Below are positions 13,226 to 25,374 of a DNA stretch of 64,000 bases, in pieces. The translations under genes and the position numbers were made by a program. The DNA is taken from the NCBI RefSeq assembly GCF_009914755.1, contig NC_060931.1. One strand, 5' to 3'. The notes beneath the pieces were generated by a model that saw only the letters and a list, made by a program, of their open reading frames with translations, searched no databases and was not told where the DNA came from. The number at the start of each line of letters is the position of its first letter. Position 1 is the stretch's first letter. The DNA comes from the human T2T-CHM13v2.0 reference genome, Homo sapiens.

Positions 13226-13534
13226 CAGCAGTCTCCAACATTTTTGGCACTAGGGACCAGTTCCCTGGAAGACAATTTTTCCACGAACCAAAGGTGGTTG
13301 GTCGGTTTGAAACTGTTCCACCTCAGATCATCAGGCATTTGATTCTCATAACGAGCTCACAATCTAGATCCCTCACATCGCAATTCACAATAGAGTTTGC
13401 ACTCCTATGAGAATCCTATGCTGCCACTGATCTGACAGGAGGTGGAGCTTAGGTGGTAAAGCTGGCTGTCTCGCCACTCACCTCCTGCTATGCAGCCTGG
13501 TTCCTAGCAGGCTACTTACAAGTCCACACCCCTA
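13226..13534 (+). mobile_element. MER1B hAT-Charlie non-autonomous DNA transposon
   Basis: CAGCAGTCTCCAACATTTTTGGCACTAGGGACC...GAAACTGTTCCACCTCAGATCATCAGGCAT...CCCCTA; 8-bp TSD TTATAAGG/TTATAAAG. Confidence 0.92.
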
Positions 13535-13859
13535 TTATAAAGTATAATTGAGCAGCAACATCATGGAATCATGGAACAATACTTGACTTTCTAGGGGGAA
13601 GTGTGAAGGAGTGAAGAGGACAGGTAGCTGGGAATCTGGGCCTCATCAAAGTCTTTGAGGGCTCAGGGCAAATTTCAAACTATATTGGTGTTAATTGAAA
13701 AAAAAATCAGAAGCTAATTTGTATGAATCCTGATGGTTAAGAGTTTAGGAGAAGATATTCTGCATGCTTAGGGTACAAATAGTTGGGAAATGAGAAAAGT
13801 TAGAATTTTAAATATACTTATATAGTAAAAACACGTCATAGAAACATTTGGCTTTCAAT

Positions 13860-14290
13860 TGTTGAATCCCAAAAAGGACACCAAAAGAATGTGTTGATCA
13901 AAGTTGTGTTTATTAGATTTACTGCAGTAGAGGCAAACACAATTTGACAAACTCTTAGTAGTCTCAACATGGAAAACTAAGATAAGGTACTTGTGGGTTT
14001 TAGGGTCTGAACCAAGTGATTTTCTAGGAGACTTGCAAGACTAGAAACTAAACAGAATTTGGTAGCATTTAAGATGTTACAACTTTGGATTGATGGGTGT
14101 ATAGAGCCAAGGGTCTTGAAGCAAGTTTTGATCAAGAAGCTGTTAGCCCTGATAAGTAATCCATTTAGTTGGTTCACATTCTTATCTTCCAGAAGCAGGT
14201 ATTTCCTGGGGCAAGCAGAAAATTATTTTTCCTTAGTTCCAGCATAGTTTAACACAAGGACAGGGAATTATCTTGGGTTCATTTCCCATA
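13860..14290 (-). mobile_element. Possible old ERV solo LTR (family not resolved)
   Basis: About 430 bp, TG...CA-like ends, minus-strand AATAAA (TTTATT ~13909) near one end, LTR-like composition. Confidence 0.35.
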
Positions 14291-14317
14291 GCTTAGAAGA
14301 ATTGAATTCCAGTGGCT

Positions 14318-14318
14318 C

Positions 14319-14363
<45 letters not shown>

Positions 14364-14422
14364 CTGTGTGTGTGTGTTTGTATGTGTGTATGTGAGAGAG
14401 AGAGAAAGAGTGAGAGAGAGAG
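14318..14422. repeat. (TG)n(GA)n compound microsatellite
   Basis: Directly visible. Confidence 0.95.
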
Positions 14423-15760
14423 GCTGAAAGAGAGACTAAGAGAAAATTATAATTTCATGAATGGGGACTGTTATTCCAATAATTCTTCCTGAGAGTTCCC
14501 GAACTGCCAAATATAATTCTGATATTCTGTCTGTTATGTCAATACTGTATGCTGACCATATGATTTGTATATTTAAAGTATTTTTTTCATAAAATGATTT
14601 CTTAACACAAAGAAATTTATCTGGTGTTCAAATGAAGAAATGGCAGGATCTTTCAAACCTGGAAGATTCAGGGGGTTTTCAAAGGTCACTTGCTTTCCTA
14701 TTTGTGATTTTCATTTTATGTTCATGTTGAACATAGAACTCCATCCTGCATTAGTTATTAACTCTACCAAAGTGTGTGTCATTGGAATTCAATGTGCTAC
14801 CTAGTGTGGTCAAGATAAATCTAGTATGCATGAGCTTGCAGATATCTGGACTTATGGATTCCAGCTAATAGATAAAGAAGGAAATGATGGCACCTTAATA
14901 TTTATAACGATTACTATAGCCTTTGCAATGGAACAGAGGTAAGGAGAAAATGCTTCATAAGTAGGCAAATTTAACTAACTGCATTTAAAACAGAGGTTTC
15001 AGGCACATTAGAACAGCAATATATTTTGATAGCCTCACACATTTCCCTAGATACCTTTGCTTGCTGCCTAAAATTACATGAAGGAAATTTACTGGAAAGT
15101 GTAACAAAAACAAGCAGGGTACTGTACTGATAACTATGATAAGGCAACATCTCTATCAATTATTTTGACACCTCTGTGTTAATTGTCTGAGTTTCATATA
15201 TTATTCACCACTTAGAGAAAGAAAAAGAATTAATCATATTTTTTAAGCCTGGCCAAAGTTTTATCAAAGTTTCTTTACATGCCTCTAAAACATGCATCAC
15301 CAGATAATTTTCTGATGAAAGTAAGTTCTACACATATGCTCTCAAATTAAGAGAACTGGTAATGTACTCATTTTATTCTGAAAATAGAAGTATGGATTAC
15401 TTAACTATATTATTTTTGCATAATGTTCCATGGAATAGTTAACCTAAAAGGTGCTAGTCAGGTGCCTTTGTATTAAAGTTAGAAAGTGAAACTGAGAGTT
15501 TATATTAAAAAATTAGAATTAGGTAGAATTAGAATAATTGCTTTGTGAGATAATAACTTTGTCAGTAAAATTGAGAATAATTTTGTGAATAATTAACTCT
15601 CAGAGTCAACCAAGAGGGAATTCCTACCTTGGGATAAAGTTTGGAGCAGATGACATTTAAAATTCTTAGACTTTCGTAAAGATAGTTAAATAAAAGAACT
15701 AGTTCTAAAACCCTTTTAGATACCTTAGCAGACATTGTACTTCAAAGTATCATTTCATAT

Positions 15761-16215
15761 TGACCAAGATGGCCTTAGGGTTTATTTTTTTCGGCTTGGC
15801 CAAACTTTAAGAAGGCTTCTTTTTGCCTCTAGGCCTTTGACCACACCTTAGGTATTTACCTTAGAAAATTTGCTATTTGTAATTTTGCCATTTAGAAATA
15901 TAAATATTTTTAAAACCCTCTGCCAGATTTACAACCCAGGACTGTCTTTCTCATGAACCTGGAAGCCATCCCTTTGAAATGTAATCCACAAGGAAGATGG
16001 GGCCCTATTTCTCAGGCTCGGTGGGAAGATAGACATATAACTTCAGTAGGAGGCTAACGTCCTTAGGGTATCTTTGGTCCAAGTTGTAAAATCACCTCCT
16101 GCCATGAAGATACTAGATAGTTACTTTTCCTTTGAGTAAACCCAATTAGCAAACACAAATGGCCTAAGATCTTTCCCACTCCAGCTCTTAAAAAGTCTCT
16201 AACCCTTGTTTCTTC
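15761..16215 (+). mobile_element. ERV1 LTR, MER67-type
   Basis: TGACCAAGATGGCCTTAGG...GGCTTGGCCAAACTTTA...TTTACAACCCAGGACTGTCTTTCTCATGAACCTGGAAGCCATCCCTTTGAAATGTAATC. Confidence 0.75.
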
Positions 16216-16234
16216 TTCTCACTAGGTAAAGTGT

Positions 16235-17100
16235 TTATCACTTATTCACTGATTTGTCATTCAACAAATACTTAAGTCTCCTTTAAGAAGCCACTAAGGA
16301 GATAACAAGATGAGTGAACTATTTACTCTCCTAGAAAATCACAATCATGAGATGTAAACATAGAAATAAAAATAAAATGAGCAAAAAAAGTTTGAAACAG
16401 ATTAAAATAAAGTCTTCTGAAAATTTTTAAAAAGTGAGATGATTTCCACCTGAGAGGTGGTGGATGATGCAGATGGGCATTCATGGAGGAGCAAGCATGT
16501 GAGCTGGGCTTTCAACAGTGGTAAGGAAGAGTGGGCTTTGGAAAAACAGAGAGGAAGGTGTAAGGAGAAGGCTTTCAAAGCAAAAGCAGGAGGACAGACA
16601 GAGCAATCCGATTCCCCAGAGACTTAAAAGTGATACAATGCAACTAAAACAGTTATGTTAAAGGAAATACAATAGGGAAATTAGGAGATCTAGTTTTTGG
16701 TGTGTCTTGAGCACCACGTAAAGAATTTTGACTTTTTTTTTTTTCCTAGACAGGGTCTTGCTGGAGTGCAGTCCCAGGCTGAAGAGAACCTCTCACCTCA
16801 GCTCCCAGAATTGCTAGGACTACAGGTACACACCACCATGCTCAGTTGATTTTTGTATTTTGTATTTTTTGTAGAGATGGGGTTTCACCATGTTGTCCAG
16901 GCTGGTCTCGAACTCCTAAGCTGAAGCAACATGCCTGCCTAGGCCTCCCGAAGTGCTGAGATTACAAGAATGAGCCACCACACCCAGCCAAGGATTTTGA
17001 CTCTTATCCTATGAATAATGAGAAGCTGCTGGAGTGTTTTAAACTAGCAAGAAAACTAACAAAGTTTGCATGTTGGAAAATGTGCTTGGCAATAAGGTGA
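16235..17100 (-). mobile_element. L2 3' fragment (split by AluJ)
   Basis: CATTCAACAAATACTTAAG terminus; GATTTTGACTCTTATCCTATGAATAATGAGAAGCTGCTGGAGTGTTTTAA. Confidence 0.65.
16734..16989 (-). mobile_element. AluJ, internally degraded
   Basis: Poly-T, AGACAGGGTCTTG...GAGCCACCACACCCAGCC; TSD AAGAATTTTGACT/AAGGATTTTGACT. Confidence 0.9.
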
Positions 17101-17354
17101 TGGTTGTCAAACATTTTTGCTTCCATACTTCTTAAAACTATTGGGACAATAATGTAGTCATTATAAAGATGCTTCCCAAAACCAGTATTTTGAATTGGGA
17201 TCTTGTGAGGAGGAAGTGGGAGAGAATTACTAGCATGAAACTTTGATCACAGAATCATTTATCCTCAGGCATGTCAGTTCTAGAGAGAGTCACTCATGGA
17301 AATGGAGGCTCTGGAAACTGATCCTCTTAAAATTACCGAATTCCATGTGTTTCT

Positions 17355-17830
17355 TGGAAAACAGTCATTTGCTACATGTTGGTCAGTTAAGCAGTTCTGT
17401 CTCACTGGACCAGGATTGGCTGATCTTGGCTTGAGCTTCTCTTTCATCCGTGATGTACCAGTAGGTAGACTGGAGCCTCACTGGTCTCAGATCACCTCAT
17501 TCTCATATACTGGCTGACTGTCAGCTGGGCAGGTGAAGGTCACAGAACCATGAATATCTTATTATCCACCATTCTAGTTCAGATTTGAATACACGGAGGT
17601 GGCAAAGTACCAGAAGAGAGCAGAAACAAATAAAAAAGCCATCTTACAGGCTTAGATCTGCATCATTATATCTGCTATGTTGAATAAAAACATGTTTCAC
17701 AAGTTCAGCCCAGAATCAAGGGGTCAGAAAATAGACTCCAATCTCATGATCAGAATCGTTGCAAAGTTACATCACAAAAAGCATGGACAGAGAGAGGGAA
17801 AGAATTCTGGTCACTTTTGCAATAAACCAC
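17355..17830 (-). mobile_element. MLT1 (MLT1G/H-type) MaLR LTR
   Basis: CAGCCCAGAATCAAGGGGTCAGAAAATAGACTCC...TGCAAAGTTACATCACAAAAAGCATGGA...TTTTGCAATAAACCACA. Confidence 0.7.
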
Positions 17831-18509
17831 AGTGGTGATTTAAGAGGGCCTCTGAGATTTCAGAGTCGGACTACTTTAAAAAGAATTGCCTGACATGAGC
17901 AGATAGGTTGTATCAGTGGAAAGATTAATCCAGAGTGTGGAGGTTAATGAAATAGCTAAGCTTTTGGTGGTCTAGCGTGGTAAAGCAGGAGTAAAGGGTA
18001 AGTGGAAAAGAAGAAAGAGTGGACAAGATTAGGTAAATTATTGATTATAGAAATAGCAAAATTTTCTCTAAAATTTATTGTAATTAACTCTAATTTAAAT
18101 ATAGATTAAATTAAATTCATTTACATTGAAACATCCTTGGTGCAGTAATCTATATCTAAATTTGGTCAACTTTATTATAGATTTAGATAAGTGTTGAATG
18201 CTAGTCTTTTGAAAAAGACTTTGAGACCATTTAAGCCAGCCCCTTCACTTAATGAATGAGAAAATAAAATGCATTTTTTCAGTAATATATAGAAGTGATA
18301 TTCTTTTCACTCATAAATAAAGAAAATTTGGCAAAACACAAGTGATTCCAGAAGCAGTAGTAATAGAAATAAGGTAACTCTTAATTGTGTGTTCCAAGAG
18401 GTAATGTCAAGATATGAGTAAAAGAAATCTACAAGTGATATAAAATGCAATTTTCATTAACTTCAACTGCTCTTCCTTTCAAGTCTTCAATAACTGATCT
18501 GCATTTTAT

Positions 18510-18735
18510 TCTAAATCATAATTTATGGAGAATGGAAGGAATCTTGGAGAAAATTGCGTCCAAATGCTTTGAAAGTATGTTTTTAGGGCTTCTCAGATGT
18601 ACCGTATGCACTGCTGAGAGGGCAGGGCTGTAGTCTTCTGATCTCAACCCAGAACAATCTCCTGTTATCTGCCTCGCACACAAGGATCTAATGTAGAATT
18701 TTTTTGGTAAGGTTTTTAAGGGTACAAATGTTTCT

Positions 18736-18770
<35 letters not shown>

Positions 18771-18915
18771 TTAAACCACACAGTGATCTTCTCCAACACA
18801 CTGTTACATGAGAAAATTGACCTAAGACTAAGTAAAGTCACTTGATGAAAATTATAGAGCTAGTTGTTGACAAAGCGATGGCAAAGATGCATGTTTACGA
18901 ACTCCTGACTCCCTG
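18510..18915 (-). mobile_element. MIR, split by an unassigned insertion containing a 32-T run
   Basis: AATCATAATT...GGAAGGAATCTTGGAGAAAATTGCGTCCAA and TTACATGAGAAAATTGACC...CTCCTGACTCC. Confidence 0.45.
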
Positions 18916-19407
18916 CCCACTTTGCCCACTTCCTCTACTTTGAGGCAGAAGAAAGTATAAAAGTGAAAGGAAGAGAATATTGCATGATATCCAAAGGCAG
19001 AACATGAATTCCAGTAATTGCCTGAGAACTATGGAACTGACTGCAGCTAGAACATACATTTGTTGTGTAAATAGAGTGATAAATATACTAATAAATGCAA
19101 ACTTGTATGTGAGAATGTAGCTCTCACTGTGAGACCTCGATCTTCAGACTCACAGATACACAAATAGAAACCATCTGTGAGTATTTTTTCATACACATTT
19201 TTGCCTAATTCTCTTCATCAGGTGTGATCTTTGGGTGGCTCATCACAGTTCTGCTTAATCAGGCATTCTGATTAATAGTAGCTATATCTATTTCTCAGAT
19301 AATTGAATTTCCAAGCTTTAGAATTCAGGTAAATACCTTTGACATTAAGCCTATACCAAACAAAACATAATTTGTCTTTGTTGAATCAACAGTCCTAATA
19401 ATTCAGG

Positions 19408-19413
19408 TTTATT
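19408..19413 (-). terminator. Candidate polyadenylation signal of the putative minus-strand transcript
   Basis: Minus-strand AATAAA ~165 nt after the candidate stop, followed ~35-50 nt later by GU/U-rich TATGTTTTGTTTGGT. Confidence 0.3.
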
Positions 19414-19577
19414 ATGATGAGTTTCATTATCCTCTTATAGCTGATTTGCAAAAGGACCTAAAACCCTGAATTCCCCAAGCTCCAGAATACCACACAACAG
19501 GCAGCTGTGCATAAAAGTAAGAGAAATCTCCCTTTCTGCACATTCTGCATGGAAGTTCATGTTTCTGTTTATAGATT

Positions 19578-19806
19578 TTATACATGACAAATGTTCATTT
19601 TGGATTGTAAATAAAGACTGAGGAAGAAGCAGCCCATAGCATCTTGGTAGTTACAACAGATGGCGTTAACCACGTGGGAATGCTTGGGATTCTTCCGTTT
19701 CCGTAAGATATAGAAAAATAAATTGTTACATAGTGAGAGCTCTTTCTCGTCCAAATTCCTGGTAAAGTGGATATCAATTATTTCTTGTAGTATTTTAACA
19801 GAATAT
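19578..19806 (-). CDS. Candidate terminal coding exon of an unidentified spliced ORF (YSVKILQEIIDIHF...SKMNICHV*)
   Basis: Acceptor CCCTAAT...CTTTCACTAG|ATATTC; 75 open codons to TAA; non-repetitive and retains several CpGs; phase matches the 40734 donor. No homolog recognised. Confidence 0.3.
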
Positions 19807-20568
19807 CTAGTGAAAGTTGTATTCACTAAGAATTAGGGAATAATACAACAAAATAAATTATTGAACTAGTAAAATTATTCATTCCAAATGTATACAAATT
19901 AATATAATTAATTAATTATCAGTCCTTAAATATTTTCTAAAGCTAAATTTGAAAAGGCAACTTATCCAAGGTAGATAAGTATTATTAAAATAATAATTTG
20001 ATACAAGGAAATAAAATGTCCTTATTATTACAATATTAAACTTTTAGGAAAACCTCAAGGCAAAATATTTCTCAAAACCAGTTTCTCCAGCAAGGTAGGA
20101 ATGGAAATGATAGAAAGAGGGTTTCACAGCTGAGAAAGAAGAGTCATCTATATGCTATTATTTTCAAAAATAAAAAATAAAATCCCAAGGGGGGTCTTTG
20201 TAAATTGAAAAGTAAGATTATGTCCAAAGATGTCTACATTTGTGTACATACATACAAATTATTGTGTCTATGTCTTATAGTATACAAGAAAGGGGCTCTT
20301 TTTATGTACCTTAAAAATTATCAAATTTTATATCAGCAGTCCAAGATTACTTTTTATTTTAAAAACATTTATTTCATACCCAGATTGCATGAAGCACTGT
20401 ACTAAGTGCTATTATATAACAGTGCTTTCCATTTATGTTTCAGGGTTGTGACTCAGGGCTGAATTGCCCTGTGATTGTGAGAACCTTTATGTCTCTATAT
20501 ATTCCTTATCATCGATCAGTCATTGCCGCAGTTACATACTTAAAATCAGTATAAAATCTTAATGGTTT

Positions 20569-20843
20569 GGCTGGGCACGGTAGCTCACCTATAATCCCAG
20601 CACTTTAGGAGGCCAAAGCAGGAGCATCAATTGAGGCCAGGAGTTTGAGACCAGCCTAGCCACATAGAGAGACTGCATCTCTACAAAAAAATTTAAAAAT
20701 TAGCTGAGCATGGTTGTGTGAACCTGTAGTCCTAGCTACTTGGGGGCTGAGGTGGGAGGATCACTTTAGCCTAGGAATTCCAGGCTGCAGTGAGCTATGA
20801 TCACACCACTGCATACCAGCTGGGGTGACAGAGCAAGAACATC

Positions 20844-20882
<39 letters not shown>

Positions 20883-20884
20883 AT
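20569..20884 (+). mobile_element. AluJ with (TAAA)n tail
   Basis: Full dimer with J-type GGAGGATCACTT...GGCTGCAGTGAGCTATGATC; TSD core TAATGGTTT. Confidence 0.95.
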
Positions 20885-21247
20885 ATTGTAATGGTTTTAG
20901 GAACAGGTTACTCAGATCACTTTATCGGTCATCCTCCAGGTAAAGTGTCAATAGAATTACCAAATCTCCACACATAAACTCAACTTGCAAACCCCATAAA
21001 CGACGTTTGAGGTTTTGCTAGCCATTTTGGTCTAGGTCATTGACCTTCAAAAACTTTGTTCATATATCTTCTTAAAGTGGTTTTTAAACCCATGCATACA
21101 CAAATGAATTTTAATTTTGAGTCCTAAATTTCTATCACATACTTAAGTAGTTGTAAAAATGGGATTTCTTTAGAATAACAAATAAATGTGTTCAATGGCC
21201 CCTGTCTACAACAGAGAATTAATACCCACCATCAAACGTTTCAAGAT

Positions 21248-21708
21248 GTACATGAATCTGGAGGATATTATACTAAGTGAAACAAGCTAGACACAGAAAG
21301 ACAAATATTATGTGATCTCATTTACATGTGGAATCTAAAAATGTGGAGCTTATAGAAACAGAGTAGAAAGGTGATTAAAAGGTGGTTACCAGAGGTTGGA
21401 GAGTAGAGGAAATGGACAAATGTTGGTCAAAGAATACAAATTTGGAGCTACAAGATAAACTCTGGAAACCTAATGTGCATCATGGTGACTGTAGTTAATA
21501 ATAATGTACTATATACTTGAAATTTTCTAAGAGAACAGATCTTAAATATTTCCACATACACACACACGCGCACACACACACACACACACGGGTAATTATG
21601 TGAGGTGATAGAGATATTAATTACCTCGATTGTGGTAATGATTTCACAACGTATATGTATATCAAAATATTGCATTGTACACCTTGAATATATATAATTT
21701 TCCTCTGT
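21248..21708 (+). mobile_element. L1MA (MA8-10-type) 3' end
   Basis: CTAAGTGAAACAAGCTAGACACAGAAAGACAAATA...GTGAGGTGATAGAGATATTAATTACCTCGATTGTGGTAAT...GTACACCTTGAATATATATAATTTT. Confidence 0.85.
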
Positions 21709-21717
21709 GAATTCTCT

Positions 21718-21755
21718 TTGTGTGTGTGTGTGTGTGTATGTGTGTGTGTGTGTGT
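21718..21755. repeat. (TG)n microsatellite
   Basis: Directly visible. Confidence 0.95.
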
Positions 21756-23479
21756 ATCTCCAAGGCTTTTCCTAATGGTCATAAATTTTACATTATTTTT
21801 TTCCTCCTTAAATTCATTTATATTTCACTTCCTTCACAGAACTGATATAATACTAATGCACTGTGGTAATGCAATATATTTTTATTCTGGACAGTTTCAT
21901 TGATGAACTTCTCAGGTCACCATGTTACCTAACCCCAAAGGACATTTCTGTAATATATATTATTTCTTAATTCTCTATTTAAAAAAGCATGCTAATTGAA
22001 TATTTTTTAAAAAAACTTCCATGAACATAACATCCTAAAGTTTTACAAAATTTATCTGGAATTGGAGTCAATAATGACTAGCACATTGTTAGTAAAAAAT
22101 ATAATTATATTACATTTTATAATAATTATAAAGTAAAAACTAAAATTTTCTTAAAATTAAGATAACGGGGCTTTTTTTATAGTCAATGTGCCATTAAATA
22201 ATATCATTCGTTGCTAGAATATGAAAGTGTTCAGCAGCTATACCATCCCTAGATGTGAGATCTGGGAAATCTTGTTTGCATAGATAAGTAGATGAGTATG
22301 GAAAGAGCTTTGCAACTAAATTCTCTGAACTTTTGAGTTGTATCCCAAATATCACCGGGACCTCTTTCATCAGACTTTATTCTTATCATCTGTTAGTAGA
22401 CAGCTTGTTTTTTGTTTTAATTTTGTGTGAATAAATGAAGTATAAATACTTTATTTGAACAATGATTAGTACACATTAGACTTATTCACTTTTTCAAAAC
22501 CGACACTTACTTAAGTGCCTCTACGGTTACTTTTAATGCCTTGAGAGACATCCCTATCTTTTGTACAATATGAAATGAATACCCTAGTTTGAACACCAAT
22601 AGACTAGTAGATCTATGGTCTCTTCCCTGTTTACTGTGGATATGCTGAGACTATATTGCTATATAGGCACCATTAACTCTATTCTTTCCAACACCAGCAA
22701 AAGTAGAGAGGATATAATGATAGAAACGAAGAAGAGAGAACAGAAAAAATGAAAGTGTTTTGAGAACATGATGAATGTTACATCATATATGATAAAACAT
22801 CCCACAGGAGGAACCATTCTGAAAGGCAAGGTACAAATACTAAAAGAATATGACTGCCTCATTTTAAAATATTCAGGAACAAGATATGTAAACTCTTCTT
22901 TAGCGATGTAAAACTAAAAAAAAAATGTTTCACAATCTAACCTACTATTAAGTAGAATATCTTCTGTATCCATTAAGGCAATATAAAATAGGAAACAATG
23001 AACTGTTCGTTAATAGTCAATGCCCATTATTCCCAACAGTGAACTCTGAAAATACGAAGTGGAACAAATGGCTGAGCTATAGTAGCCAATGGGCTTCTAA
23101 CGTTTCTCAAATTTAAATCTTAATACTAACCAGATACCAAAAACTCCCAATCACCTAACAACTTGTGTGAGAAAAGTTGTTAGGAAATATGCTCATTCAA
23201 ACTCTGCCCAGCGAGACAGTTTTGGGCTCAGCTTTCTCAATAAGCCATATCAGTGTGCAGAAAAACTCTAAGGTGACCATACTCAAAAAGAGTATCATTT
23301 AATAAATAATAATTCTACCAATGTAAAGTTGGTCTAGCAAGTGCTCAGAATGTGACTAAATCAGGTATTTCCTCCTAGATGTGGATGTAAGAAGATGTAG
23401 ATAGAATGACCCCCATAATGTTAGATAGTAAAGTTGTATATATGCAAAGAGTGTCCAACCTCATCCATCCCAGGCATTA

Positions 23480-23675
23480 GATCTGTTTGTCCATTGTGAT
23501 AACTAACAGCCACATGTAGCTACTTAAATTTCAATTACTCAAAAGTAAATATAATTAAATGCTCAGTTCTTCAGCCCCATTTCAAGGCTTAATAGCCACA
23601 TGTAATTGGTGGGTATCACACTGGACATACAGAAAACAGAATATGTTCAATGATCAAAATGTTGTATTAGGTGAT
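23480..23675. mobile_element. MER3 hAT-Charlie element
   Basis: AGCCACATGTAGCTACTTAAATTT...CATTTCAAGGCTTAATAGCCACATGT...CTGGACA. Confidence 0.75.
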
Positions 23676-24064
23676 TAACAAACAAGCAGGTAGTCACTTT
23701 CAAATTTTTACAGAACAGACATAAAGATTCTTTGTAATATAAGCCTTGTATGATTCAGTCATAACAAGGAATGAATACATTATTTTAATGAATATTAGCA
23801 TCTGAAAAGTCACATAGATATCATTTGATATATGTAAAAATGTAATGTTTTAAGCACTACCCTAGTGGCCTGTGCATTAATAAACTTCCAAAATTGAGCA
23901 ACATATGCCTTTCCAAATAATATAAGAAAAAGTCTCAAATGTTTAATCTCATTATGTAAAAATAATTTGTACTAAGACATTCATCTAATTGGAAATAAGA
24001 AATAAACAATATAATTAGATCATTGTATAAACAATGATTTTCTTCTTGATTTTAAGGCTCCAAA

Positions 24065-25330
24065 ACATAGCCTTGTAGTATAACTTGAAGTTAAGCAATG
24101 TGATTCTTTCAAATGTGTTCTTCTTGCCTACGATTGCTTTGGCTATTTGCACTTTTTGTTTGTTTATTTATATATGAACATTAGGATTTTTTTTCTAATT
24201 CTGTGAAAAGTGATATTGATAGTTTCACAGGAACTGTGATGTATCTGTAGATTGCTTTGGGCAATACGGTCATTTTAACAATATTGATCCTTCCAATCCA
24301 TGAGCATAGGATGTTTTGTTTGTGTTATTTACAATTTCTTTCATCAGTGTTTTATAGGTCTCCTTGTAGGGATCTTTCGCCTCCTTGGTTAAATGTAGTC
24401 CAGATTTTCTGTGTCTGTGTGATATGGTTTGGCTGTGTCCCCACCCAAATCTCGTCTCGAATTGTAGTTCCCATAATCCCTATGTGTCATGGGAGGGACA
24501 CAGTAAGAGGTAATTGGATCATAGAGGTGATTACCTCCTGCTGTTCTTGTGATAGTGATTGAGTTCTCAGGAGATCTGATGGATTTACAAGGGGCCTTTC
24601 CTCTACTTCGCTCTGCACTTCTCTTTGTTGCCATCATGTGAAAAACGACATGTTTGCTTCTGCTTCTGCCATGATTATAAGTTTCCTGAGGCCTCCCCAG
24701 CCAGCTGATCTGTGAGTCAATTAAACCTCTTTCCTTTATGAATTACCCCATCATGGGTATGTCTTTATTAGCAGCCTGAGAGTGGACTAATACTGTGTGG
24801 CTACTGTAAATGGGATTGAGTTACTGATTTGGTTGGCAGCTTGAATGTTATGGATGTGTAGAAACGCTGCTGATTTTTATACATCGCTTTTGTATCTTGA
24901 AACTTTACTGAACATGTATATCAAGTCTAGGAGTCTTTGGGAGGAGTATTTAGTGCTTTCCAGGTATACAGTCATGTTATCAGTGAACCGAGATAATTCG
25001 ACTTACTCTTTCACATTTTGTACGCCTTTTATTTCTTTTTCTTGCCTGATTGCTCTGGCTGGGACTTGCAGTGCTATGAACAGGAGTGGTCAGAGTGGAC
25101 ATCCTTGTCTTGTTTCAGTTCTTAGGAGAAATGCTTTAAACTCTTCCCCATTCTGTATGATTTTGACCTTGGGGTTGTGATATATGACTTTCATTATTTT
25201 TAGATACGTTCCTTCAATGCCTAGTTTATTGAGGGTTTTCATTATAAGGGATGTAGAATTTTATGAATTTTTTCTGCATCTGCTGAGATGATCATATGAT
25301 TTTTGTTTTTACTTCTGTTTATACATTGTG
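24065..25330 (-). mobile_element. L1 (L1PB/L1MA-age) ORF2 fragment, split by THE1
   Basis: Antisense ORF2 motifs GTAGATTGCTTTGGGCAATACGGTCATTTTAAC and GGACATCCTTGTCTTGTTTCAGTTCTTAGG. Confidence 0.85.
24420..24794 (+). mobile_element. THE1 (C/D-type) solo LTR
   Basis: TGATATGGTTTGGCTGTGTCCCCACCCAAATCTC...GTAGTTCCCATAATCCC...GGACTAATAC; TSD CTGTG/GTGTG. Confidence 0.93.
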
Positions 25331-25374
25331 ATTATTATAATGTGATATAGATGTAAGTGTATGTGTGCGCTCAT

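Noticed and set aside
18738-18769. 32-T run as the tail of a retroposed element
   Set aside because: No element body or TSD is adjacent; likely a simple mononucleotide expansion
19575-19702. Plus-strand coding exon
   Set aside because: Stops in all three frames; kept only as a possible non-coding exon
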